Notes under the pieces: generated by a model | Told to the model about the DNA's origin: nothing | Seen by the model: only the letters and a program-made list of their open reading frames with translations | The model's database searches: none | In this document: positions 53,703 to 63,450 of the stretch, piece after piece | Layout of the letters: each line of letters starts with the position of its first letter | Numbering within the stretch: the stretch's first letter is position 1 | DNA from: Lobosporangium transversale | Lineage: Eukaryota | DNA: 64,000 nucleotides | Direction of reading: 5' to 3' | NCBI RefSeq assembly: GCF_002105155.1 | Contig: NW_019028979.1 | Location: 1,674,001-1,738,000, forward strand | Program-made: the position numbers and the translations under genes

Positions 53703-53789
53703 ACATTTTTTCCCATTTTTCTCTTTCTTCTTCTCTTCTCTTCTCAACTCTTCACACTCTCCCCTTCTCATTTCCCACACAGTTTTATT

Positions 53790-53985
53790 TCGCTGCAGGC
53801 ACCCGCTGGTTGGCCCCAGAGGTGTCCTGTTTTGGCACTCAAGGTATACTCCCAGCCTTGCTTAGTCTCCCCTTTCTCTTTCTCCCTCTCCTCTCGCTGC
53901 AGGCACCCACTGGTTGGCCCCAGAGGTGTCCTGTTTTGGCACTCAAGGTGTGCTCCCAGCCTTGCTTAGTCTCCCTTTTCTCTTT
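53790..53985. repeat. Two direct copies of a GC-rich 92-bp unit (period 104 bp)
   Basis: 53790-53881 vs 53894-53985, 4 mismatches. Each copy contains the hairpins CAGGCACC..CTGG/CCAG..GGTGTCCTG and CAAGG/CCTTG. Confidence 0.95.
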
Positions 53986-54056
53986 TTCTTCCTCCCCTTT
54001 TCTTTCGTACGAGGGGTTTTTTTTTGCATTGTTTTCCCTCGTTAAAAAAAATAAAC

Positions 54057-54144
54057 GGAGCGCGACAAGCCAGACCACCTCCTCGTGGTGCGCTCCGGAC
54101 AACATCTTTTCTTTTCCTTCTGCTGGTTCCAGCTACCACTAGCA

Positions 54145-54178
<34 letters not shown>

Positions 54179-54194
54179 TGGCCAAGCGTCTGGC
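54057..54194 (+). ncRNA. HDV-like (nested double pseudoknot) self-cleaving ribozyme
   Basis: P1 GGAGCGC 54057-63 / GCGCTCC 54090-96; P2 GCCAGACC 54069-76 / G(C)GTCTGGC 54186-94; P3 ACC 54077-79 / GGT 54087-89; L3 TCCTCGT; P1.1 CC 54081-82 / GG 54097-98; J1.1/4 ACAA; P4 CATCTTTT / AAAAGATG plus distal TGCTGGT / ACTAGCA; J4/2 G-C-C-A-A with the C75 equivalent at 54182. Confidence 0.88.
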
Positions 54195-54309
54195 TCAGAC
54201 TAGTTTATAGTATTATGATAGAAACGTATATCTGAATAAAGTGCCGTGTAAAAAGTGAAAACAAATAAAAAAAAAAAAAGCTTCAGACTCTTTCCTATAC
54301 TTCCATTAC

Positions 54310-55922
54310 AAAAGAGAACTAAGATAAGCTTGGCGCTGTCACCAATCTCAACGTGGGATTCGAATATTCTTGCGATTCTGAATGGTACCACAAATCTCAG
54401 GTGACTTGAATTCGACATTAATTCCATCGAAAACAAAGAGACATTGGACTTCCCTTCCAGTCTCGCTGATATCGCCATACTCATCAGATTGCATTTTTCT
54501 CATGATCTTTGACGCCTTTAGTACTTTCTGTCCTCTATACTTCGAAACACGATACTTAGGATATTGCTGAGTCAACGAAAAAATAAATAAATAAAGGATT
54601 ACATGTGCAATGAAATCCTGTCAGCTAGAACCTCAAATTTTGATCTCCAGACATGAAGACAATCATTTTCCGAGGGTGATCATGTCAGGAACGGCGGGTG
54701 GATAATAAATCCACATCGAAGATTATAGAAAAAAAAATAAAAAATGAAAAAATTATTTAGTAAGAGCATTCGAGTTTGAGTAAATTGGATTTTGAAACAG
54801 CAAAATGAAACTTACAGGCACTTAAGAATCTTAAGTACTTTGTCCTCAACGGACACATTCAGGCAACACCTCATCAAGATATTTTCCATTGATAATACCA
54901 CGATCTGCAATCACCTTTTTTTTTATTTTTTTTTTTATTTTTTTTTTTATTTTTTTATTTTTTTTAAATAGATCACGCCTTTTTCTCTTAATATATCAAT
55001 GCAATTCTGGAGGAATTGTAAAGAAGGGTGATCCTCAAAATCTGCAATGATACTCAATGATTTTGCATCCTCGAGTAAAACTTCTTTTTTTTTTTTTTTT
55101 TTTTTTTTTGATTGACTGAAATGCTCACATGCCCGTTTCAGCATTGTGTTTAAAACACACGACATAGCCACCCTGGTATTTAAGAAATAGAAAACACGGT
55201 TCGTAATTAGTATTGGTAATGTATTAATATGAGTAGAAACCAGAGGGCCAAGCTTTTTGGTTAGACATTTCAAATATAAATGGTTTACTTAACAAAATTC
55301 TTATAATCGAAAATGACTAACCAAAAAGAGCGACAAGCTTGACCCTCTGGTAGAAACACGTTAGTTACAGCAAACTTGTAAAACATTACTGGGCGTCTTT
55401 GATCAGGACAATGCCTTTCTCTTTTAGTGGTTGGGCTTCATAGGCTTGGAGGGATTTCACAGCATGATCCAATAGCACAGCATGGACAGGAATTATCATG
55501 GGTGAGGGCACTAGGAAAGTTGTGCTCTTTTCTCCATTCAAATAAGTACGGCATTTGTCTTAGAAACCTGTACATATCGTATGTTTTCATATCCAATATA
55601 TGCATAATTTTATCTTACAATATTAATTAAAGAGATCGTAAGACTGTGCCATGGCTCCTCGGTTATATAGTTCGTTTTTTGCCTTTTATTGGTGGAAGAA
55701 GTTGTTGATGATGATGGCGACGACAAAAACACTGCTGAGGACGATGACGATGATGGTGTTGGTACTGCTGAGAATGATGATGGAGAGGATGATAATGGTG
55801 GATCTGGCGTAAAAGATGTGGAGAGTGAGGAGGTGAGGGCAATGGTCCTGCTAGTTTTTGGTGTAACTTGGGAAATTGGTCTTGTTTCTATTTTAAATCC
55901 AATTTAATATCCAATTTTAATG

Positions 55923-55965
<43 letters not shown>

Positions 55966-56443
55966 CTCTTTCAGGTTCTTCGGTATATCTTGGACGTAAT
56001 GGGGTTGTTTGGAGTTGAGTCATATAGAGGGCACTATTTTCCCATAGACGTTGAGCGTAGCTTAAGCTTCTAAGGATATCCGTCAAATTAACATTAGTTC
56101 CTTTTAACTTCTCTAATCGATTCAATAATTCGAAAGTAACATATTCATTTATCATTAAAGTACTCTTGATAACTTCACAGTATTTCCAATTCTTTATCTC
56201 TTATTTCATTATAGAAGTAAGTTCCGTTAAGGAAAACAGCCTTTTCTTTCTTCTATCGAAACGAGCGTTGATTACTTTGACATATCGTGATAGGCCTAAA
56301 ATATAGGCACTCAGAAAATTTTTCTGAAGGACCTTGCAAAGCATTACATTCCTGTGGAGCAACTTCAGATCTCTTTTCCATATTAAAAATGATTTGACAG
56401 TAATCAGTAATGTCCATTTTTCATTTTTATATTTATCTTTCAT
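54310..56443 (-). pseudogene. Decayed multi-exon gene of a PD-(D/E)xK (restriction-endonuclease-like) hypothetical protein family
   Basis: ORFs 56201-56443 and 55904-56155 are in one frame, split by a single TAA. Spliceable pieces continue: GTATTA donor, S/T-rich exon, LNGEKS...IKDAQ, VAMSCVLNTM, SENDCLHVW, KVLKASKIMRKMQSDEYGDISETGREVQCLFVFDGINVEFK...IQNRKNIR, with stops and frameshifts. Ends are approximate. Confidence 0.65.
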
Positions 56444-56513
56444 AAATAATGATTTATCCCCTATTTATAAAAAAGCCAATATGGTAAGAATATACATATA
56501 CCACCTCTGCGTT

Positions 56514-58766
56514 TTAGTAGTTACCCAGATCGTATTCAAATTTAATATCTGGTCGAAGTATTTTCATCAGTTGTGGCCACTTGCGGTCTGACGTATTCTC
56601 GCGTGAAAGAAATATAAAACACGTTCGAAAATACTCCATATTAGGCCAGAGGCACTTATTCCTTTGCAATCGTCGTTCCTCAAAGTACTTCGTAATATCC
56701 CCAATCTCCCCCAAATGCTGGAGATCTACTCCATCAATCATTGAAGAAGTCTGGTGTCCCTCATTTCTCAGTAGCTTACGTCCATATCGATGTGTTTGAG
56801 TTTGTGACTGAGAGCGCGGCTGTAGGCGAGTTTTTAACTGATTATCAGACTCGATAGCCGCAAGGATATGTTTTTCCGTTTGACTAATATTGTTTTTTGT
56901 AGTGTGATCTGATATTGATGTAGTGGTAGTTTGAGTCGAATACAGGCCCGATGTTAAAGTAGTACCGTTGTTATCGTTGTTGTCATCATGTTGGTATACA
57001 TAGTTTCGTTGAATCCAGTCTAGGTCATGGATTTCGAGCAGTTGCTCACTTCTAGATATGATTAGTTCTAATCGCTCAAGACACTTCAGCCGTGAGAGCA
57101 GACATAGCCCACCCTCCGCATAAAGTTCAAGAATGTCGCTCTGTATCGAGAGATCTTGGAGCTTGGGACAGACCCGACTGATATATCCAAATAGCATCCT
57201 AGAGAGCCTCATTCGATCGAATCCAGGCCGATGACCCGCTTGACGTTCATCAAATTTCCAATGGAGAGTCCGCAAATTCCGACAGGCCCAAATCGGTCGC
57301 TTCTGGCCATCTGTTCTACTGAGGGTGCCCAATGAATAAGACCCTGAATAAAGGGTCGAAGGGCGTGTCGGGTGCAAGAAATCGATTTCAACATTGACTT
57401 CCCGAGCTTTGACATGCAATAAATTAGGAGCTTGACACATGAATGCATGAAGCAGGTTCCCAACAGCGGCCTCCGGCCCATATGGCATAAATTCGTCCGC
57501 TAGATTAAATGAAATATTCCTAGGGGTGCTTCCAAAGATCTCTAAAGAAGTCAAGCGATTTTGAATTTGACATTCCTGCAGAAATGAAAATGTCCTCAGG
57601 TGCATGTTCTTTACCGCAAACCCCCAGCTATCGATGTTGGCAAAGTGAGGTGATTGCAGTTGGATTGTAGGCTGTTGCTGTTGCTGCTGGACATTTGGAG
57701 ATATGGTTGAGACAGGTCCCCATATCCCTCCCATTTCTCGGGAACCATACTCATTAAGCGGTAATGGAATGCAAAGAGACCGAATCTTGGGACAGAGCTC
57801 TGCGCATACGTGGCCAATATATTCGAAAAGTTCCCTGGCAAACAAATGAACGGGTTTTGCGACGGGGTCTTGTGGCGGAGGTCTTGTAAATGGTATAACA
57901 TCGATCAAGTAAAGCATGCGTAATTCAGGACAGGCACTCAAGAAGGGGTTTAATGACGATTTGCTCAAGGTGAACCTTTGAAGGATGCATGTTTGCAGAG
58001 ACCAGACTTCCATAACAAAACCATTATCAGATCTAGGATCATCCAAGTTGCTGATAATGCCATTCTGGGGATCCTCCAATTGAATTGGGTCACCATAAAG
58101 AGCTGTAGAACGCAGATTAAGATGCAAAAGCTTTGGACATGACTTTAAGAACAGCCTCCAAGGAAATACAGTTTGGCTGAAACACCCCCAAATATGTAAA
58201 TTTGTCAATGAGGCTCCAAGCGCTAGTGGAATAGGCCAAACTGGAACAAAGAAGGCAGCGGATATTTCGAGTTTTTGTATTCTTGGCTTCCAACGATCTT
58301 TGCTGTCAGTACCGACCGATTGCAAAACATCAACTAAATCTCCCCATCTTGTCTTTTCTTCGTCAAAGTCATATGATTGTTGATAGATGCTTATACGGAC
58401 ATAAGGATCGGAGCTGCGCCGGGCCCGGTATCCACGCATCCATGTAAGCTCGTTAATTGTTACAGCTTTCTGAAATTGCGTAGCTCGTTCTGTCGGGTCG
58501 TCAGGAATAAGAGCTTCCCAGCAGAGAGACTTAATAATCAAGGGGCGCGCGAGTTCAGCCCATTCTTTACAGACCAAGGATACATAATACCGAAGACAAG
58601 ATTGGTTCAGGAACGAAAATACGATACGAAGGATGTCTTGATTGAGAGCAGTTTTTTGATATTTTTCTCTTGTTTTTGAAACCGAAACTGAGGAGAAATG
58701 AGTAAGGAATGACTTGATCATTTGAGATGCGCAGCTGTGGTTTTCTGTTTCCTTTAGCATATTCAT
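56514..58766 (-). CDS. Single-exon F-box/LRR protein (750 aa)
   Basis: F-box DILRIVFSFLNQSCLRYYVSLVCKEW; LRR units FLKSCPKLLHLNL, FLSACPELRMLYL, WACRNLRTLH, ISRVCPKLQDLSI, GGLCLLSRLKCLERLEL. Confidence 0.9.
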   Translation of the reverse strand: MNMLKETENHSCASQMIKSFLTHFSSVSVSKTREKYQKTALNQDILRIVFSFLNQSCLRYYVSLVCKEWAELARPLIIKSLCWEALIPDDPTERATQFQKAVTINELTWMRGYRARRSSDPYVRISIYQQSYDFDEEKTRWGDLVDVLQSVGTDSKDRWKPRIQKLEISAAFFVPVWPIPLALGASLTNLHIWGCFSQTVFPWRLFLKSCPKLLHLNLRSTALYGDPIQLEDPQNGIISNLDDPRSDNGFVMEVWSLQTCILQRFTLSKSSLNPFLSACPELRMLYLIDVIPFTRPPPQDPVAKPVHLFARELFEYIGHVCAELCPKIRSLCIPLPLNEYGSREMGGIWGPVSTISPNVQQQQQQPTIQLQSPHFANIDSWGFAVKNMHLRTFSFLQECQIQNRLTSLEIFGSTPRNISFNLADEFMPYGPEAAVGNLLHAFMCQAPNLLHVKAREVNVEIDFLHPTRPSTLYSGSYSLGTLSRTDGQKRPIWACRNLRTLHWKFDERQAGHRPGFDRMRLSRMLFGYISRVCPKLQDLSIQSDILELYAEGGLCLLSRLKCLERLELIISRSEQLLEIHDLDWIQRNYVYQHDDNNDNNGTTLTSGLYSTQTTTTSISDHTTKNNISQTEKHILAAIESDNQLKTRLQPRSQSQTQTHRYGRKLLRNEGHQTSSMIDGVDLQHLGEIGDITKYFEERRLQRNKCLWPNMEYFRTCFIFLSRENTSDRKWPQLMKILRPDIKFEYDLGNY

Positions 58767-59428
58767 CTTCGAAATGATTAAAAAAAAAAAAAAAGCGCGA
58801 ATGAAAAAGAGATTTTCTCGTTGGGTGACACTGCGTAGTATTAAAAAAAGCCATTGTTTATAGTATACAATTCATGTTAGATCAGCCGTTGATATTCCGT
58901 TTTGACGAATACACAGTTGCTCAACTTTTTCAAGTAAGCATAAAACACCTCGTCCACTTCCTAATAAAGCACCTTTTCTCATTACTATTGAAGAATTGGA
59001 GGTATGAACAGTGACTTCAGTCTCTTAAGCAACAGGGTGCCTAGTCTGGACGTCTGGAATATCGAACTGGTGCAACACAGTGATGGAAAAGTTGTGAGTG
59101 TCCCTGCAGGAGGAAAAAAAAAATACTCTTAATGAGTAGGGTTGTTGTCTGATGCAGAACAAATACATGGTACGAAAGGAGGCAACAGTCTAATGCCCTA
59201 CAAAAAAAGATTTAAAGACCAAATATGCCGTATCTTTTCACCAATCTCTACCATGCAGGATCTTCGCAGGTTTCTTACCCGTGCATGTGTCTATTTTGGC
59301 GAACAATAGCGTTAAGTGCAGAGACTGGCATCTGATTATACATAATTGGAGGTAACAAGACTGAACTCACTCGCTTTGTATCTTGGTAACTGTAGCGACA
59401 GGCTATTCTCTAATACTGGACTTTATTT

Positions 59429-61984
59429 TCAAATGGAAGACTGAGGAGCCACTCGTCTTCCACAAACCTCAAAAATCTTGAGTTCAGGAACCATCCATAA
59501 CTGGGACCGAATGACAGAAAGTTGTTCTTCAATACGCGTCTCTGGACCAACACTAGCGCCATTGCCGCTACCACTTTGGCTGATATCATCATGCTGGCTA
59601 TCGCTATTATTACTGCTGCCTTCTGCGATCCCACTGTCGTGGTGGTTTTCTTCAAATGGATTTGGTTGAATGTGCAATCGCAGATCTCTTAATCTTACAC
59701 AAGCCCACCTCCTTTGATTTTGTAAATAATCTTCAAGCTTGATCTTGCCTGCCCAAAACGTTGTCAGACTTGGGTAATTGGTCAGAATCGTTCGGATCGC
59801 TCCACTCGTCACATTCGAACACCCATCAAGCATCAAGATTTCGAGGGAATCACTAAACCGTCTAGGAGGCGGTGCTATGATTGGTACTACTAATGACTCT
59901 GGCAGCCAGTGTTGAGTCCACTGCTGAATATGCTGTTGGAATGGTTGATCCTGGTCCTGAGCCTGGGCCTGACTCTGGTCTTGGCTCTGATCATGGACCT
60001 GATTATGGTCTTGGTCCTGATTCTGATCTTGGTTCTGATCTTGATTCTGATCTTGATTCTGATCTTGGTCCTGAATCTGATCTTGGTCCTGATTCTGGTC
60101 TTGGTCCTGATTCTGGTCTTGGTCCTGATTCTGGTCTTGGTCCTGATTCTGATCCTGATTCTGATTCTGACCCTGATTTTGGATGTTGAGTTTTGAAGTA
60201 AGCTCGCATCTGCCTTCTGAATTTGCATGCTCGGTTTCTGGACCTTGCCCATCTTTAACCTTTGGAGTAACCTCATGTTTGGTTTCAGGGCTGAGTTCAT
60301 GTTTAACCTGAGGGTTGAATTCATATTGGTCTTGCAGGCTAGACCCATGTTTATCACGCGAGTTGAGATTACGTTGTCCTTGGAGACTGGGGTCATGTTG
60401 CTGCTTTTGTGGGTTAGGATCATGGTGTTGATTTTGTACACTGGGCTCGTCTTGCTGATTAGATGAATTGCTTTTTGAGGTAGGCTCACATTTGGTTCCC
60501 AGAGTAGGTTCGTGGCTGGTTTCCAAACTCATCTGTTCATTTCCCAGTTCGGAACTGGCGCCAAACTCAGAATTGATGCCAAGCTCATAACTGAAGCCAA
60601 GATCAGAATTGATGCCAAACTCAGAACTAATGCCAAGCTCGGATTGAGGCGCAGGCTCAGGCTCGAGTTTGGGTTTGAGTACGAGCTCAGGTCCAGGCTC
60701 AGGTCCAGGTTCAGGTTCAGGTCTTCGTTCGGAAGTATGTTCAGCGCCTCGATTGATCTCAGCACTAAATTCATTTGTGGTATCGGAAAAAGGCTCACGA
60801 CTAATATCGGAATAGAAAGGTTCATTGCTATAGTCGATTGATGCTTCGCGTTCGAATGCGTCACCAAATTCTACGTATGATTGTTGCTGTAGCTGGATAT
60901 AGGTATTATGGTAGTTGAAGTAGTTGCTATCATCATCGCACTCTCTCCGTGAATGGACGTTACGGCTCCTCATAAGCTCCAAAAGTGTTTGTCTCGCAAC
61001 CCCAGTGCCACTCAATTTTAGACTCCTCAATCGCGTCATCCGCCTTAAAAGCCGCGCCATGTGTGTATCACGCATTCGGATATGAGAAAAGTCCAGAGAT
61101 TCTAGTCGATCCAAAGGGAAAGGCTGTAAACAAAGGGCATGGAAAAATTGACTTACAGCATAACTTTTGTCTATAGTCATAGCAAGATCGTAACTCCAGC
61201 GAAGCGCCTCAAGATTAGGACAATTTCGAATTAAAGCCGCCTGGTCGACAGGGCAAAGGGCTATGCAAGAATCGCGAGTTACTGCATCTAACTGCTCTTT
61301 TGTTTTGATGTTTTTCTGCCCAACATTGACTGTTAAATCAAGTTCACGTGCCCCCGTGAACGGCATCTGGTCCGGAATGAGTTGTTCTTTTGGATTTTGA
61401 AGAACCATATCTGTCAATTTCAGTGAATAAGGTCTAGCAAGGGCCTTCATATGTTCGGATCGAGGCTCGTCCCTAAATGATGGTATTGAAAATCGCTGTA
61501 ACTCCAGAATCGTCAAATGAGCACAGCTTGATAGCGCGTTCCAGAGCGAAGAGCCTTTTAACAAATCATTCCCTGAAGGAGCAATGAGCGTTACGCATTG
61601 AATAGTTGGTGCATGAGCCGTTAAGAAGGCTATCAATCCATGGACAGCCCAATTCCCATCCAGGAAGCTAAAATTGGCCTCAATAGTGCGTAGCCTTCGG
61701 CATCCTCTGAGGACGAGAATTTCATAAGGGAATACAGAGTTGAATTCAATTTCCTGGATATAATCCTTGTATCGCTCGAGAACTACAGGATCAGACGGAT
61801 ACGTTGCAAGACGTGGTAGCGCTGTACGTGTAACGACTATCCTGCGATAGAGTATCGGCGAGAGGATGGCGTGTGATATTTTGTCGACACGTAGACATCG
61901 CGCAAGATCCCTTTGTGAAAGTTGGAGGCCAATCTGGAGGAGGATTTCGGGGCCGAGTAGTAGGAAGCGGTTGTTATAGCTCAT
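59429..61984 (-). CDS. Single-exon F-box/LRR protein with a large internal repeat-rich insertion
   Basis: First ATG at 61984; F-box GPEILLQIGLQLSQRDLARCLRVDK; LRR units ALIRNCPNLEAL, LRRMTRLRSLKL; after the insert, LEILMLDGCSNV...ILTNYPSL...WACVRLRDL. Confidence 0.85.
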   Translation of the reverse strand: MSYNNRFLLLGPEILLQIGLQLSQRDLARCLRVDKISHAILSPILYRRIVVTRTALPRLATYPSDPVVLERYKDYIQEIEFNSVFPYEILVLRGCRRLRTIEANFSFLDGNWAVHGLIAFLTAHAPTIQCVTLIAPSGNDLLKGSSLWNALSSCAHLTILELQRFSIPSFRDEPRSEHMKALARPYSLKLTDMVLQNPKEQLIPDQMPFTGARELDLTVNVGQKNIKTKEQLDAVTRDSCIALCPVDQAALIRNCPNLEALRWSYDLAMTIDKSYAVSQFFHALCLQPFPLDRLESLDFSHIRMRDTHMARLLRRMTRLRSLKLSGTGVARQTLLELMRSRNVHSRRECDDDSNYFNYHNTYIQLQQQSYVEFGDAFEREASIDYSNEPFYSDISREPFSDTTNEFSAEINRGAEHTSERRPEPEPGPEPGPELVLKPKLEPEPAPQSELGISSEFGINSDLGFSYELGINSEFGASSELGNEQMSLETSHEPTLGTKCEPTSKSNSSNQQDEPSVQNQHHDPNPQKQQHDPSLQGQRNLNSRDKHGSSLQDQYEFNPQVKHELSPETKHEVTPKVKDGQGPETEHANSEGRCELTSKLNIQNQGQNQNQDQNQDQDQNQDQDQNQDQDQNQDQDQIQDQDQNQDQNQDQNQDQNQDQDHNQVHDQSQDQSQAQAQDQDQPFQQHIQQWTQHWLPESLVVPIIAPPPRRFSDSLEILMLDGCSNVTSGAIRTILTNYPSLTTFWAGKIKLEDYLQNQRRWACVRLRDLRLHIQPNPFEENHHDSGIAEGSSNNSDSQHDDISQSGSGNGASVGPETRIEEQLSVIRSQLWMVPELKIFEVCGRRVAPQSSI
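59945..60180 (-). repeat. Coding 6/18-bp tandem repeat encoding (QN/QD)n
   Basis: gattctggtcttggtcct-type units on +; open in several frames. Confidence 0.95.
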
Positions 61985-62557
61985 GATTATGATGTGTTGC
62001 CCCAATCGCACAGCAAAGAAATGATTGATTCTCTTCAACAGTTTAGTTTTTCACCCATGCCACTTTTACATGTGAGTTACAAAAGTCAAAAAAATAAACC
62101 ACTTAATGCGTCACCTATACCAGTCACGAAGATAAAAATTAATTTGGTGGCCACAACCATGGCTCCCAATTAAATGCTTTGTGGCGAAACAATGCAGGGG
62201 AGTGACAGCCTATCAGTACGTGTGTATGCATATGAGTCTATACGCCTATGGCAAAGCCGCATGGTAGTAATGGAATGGGAGGGGGGGAAGGTATGGTTCA
62301 CTAGGTAAAGACTGTTCTTTCTTCCCTTTCTGTTTCGTGTGGGCAGGCTCACATTCACTACTATTTAAAGTCCCCATTAAAGGATTAATCTATTTCTCGC
62401 AACTCCTAACCTATGCATACTTCTTTTTTTTCTTTTCTTTGCTTCTTCCTTGGTTCGCCTTACTCTTTCATTTCCCTTCTCTCTTCGCCCCCACGAATTA
62501 ACAGAACCGACTTGAAATTGCACTCACAAGTTCAGGTGCTTTCTATACTACCAGTCA

Positions 62558-63450
62558 ATGCAGGTCACATCCATCACTACCTCTACCTCTACCACCACAG
62601 CCCCTGCGGGCCAATGGTCTGAGATCAGAACTCCAATCCATCAAGCCCTTGTTCCGGGGGATATGATCAATTGTAGTCAAGTTTCAAAAGCACAGAGCAC
62701 CAAGTTTACTCCTAGGATATGGAGTACAGTCAACCTCACAAGTCAGCGTCTAATTACAGATCTACTGCCACATATCATCGCCAAGAATAGACAACACGAT
62801 TCGCCGGGGCTTCTGGAAACGGTCAGACCTTGAACCTTTTAGGGATCCTAGCATCCGAAACATCGAGCAACTTGCTATCCAACTCAAGCTCAATCGTAGC
62901 TGTCAACGTCAGGCCCTCCAACTTATCCAAAGAAACCCACGTGCCCTGTTTAGACTGGACATAGGGATCTGTGGCTGCAGCGGATGCATTGGATCACACC
63001 CGGCCTTTGCACTAGAGGATATACTTGCCCCATCTGACCTGGATTGTACGCCAAAGCTCTCTGATCTTCGAATTAAAAACATTAAGATGGCTTGACGAGC
63101 GTTTTCGGCCTTAAATTGAACATTTTTCATAGGTATGTAAAGACCTGCCTCAACTTCGTATTCAAGTCAAGGGGCTTGATACCAAGGAACTCATCATGGC
63201 AACGACCCGCAAGTGGTCTCAAGGGACAGGCTGCAAGCAAAAATGAAGCTAAAGGGATCAAAGGCTCAGGAGCACCCATGGCAGACGAAGACGATGGAAA
63301 GGATAAAATGGATAGCATTCCAGGAAACGAATTTAACAGCATTATTGCTTTTGAAAGCGAAGCTGGGCCACCTAACCCTTTTGTGGGCAGCGTAGCGAAA
63401 CATTTGTTGAATTTTGAAAAGTACGAAAAAGTCTGGCTAGGATACAGAAA
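62558..63450 (+). pseudogene. Degenerate F-box/LRR pseudogene
   Basis: Decayed F-box SEIRTPIHQALVPGDMINCSQVSKA...FTPRIWSTV, stop at 62833, broken LRR-like fragments (PKLSDLRIKNI), and C-terminal VAKHLLNFEKYEKVWLGY resembling the terminal motif of this F-box subfamily (from memory). TATA-like TATTTAAA at about 62362. Confidence 0.7.

Noticed and set aside
53800..53975. Minus-strand HDV-like reading of the 92-bp repeat (GCTGG/CCAGY, CAC-ACCTTGA-GTG, GGACA, GCCAA)
   Set aside because: No P1 5' strand, non-canonical L3 and P2-P3 spacing, and stronger competing hairpins.
59881..60867. Several overlapping ORFs (RIRTKT, LILVLI, PDSGLG and SESGPR repeats)
   Set aside because: Alternative-frame shadows of the stop-free coding tandem repeat in the F-box gene.
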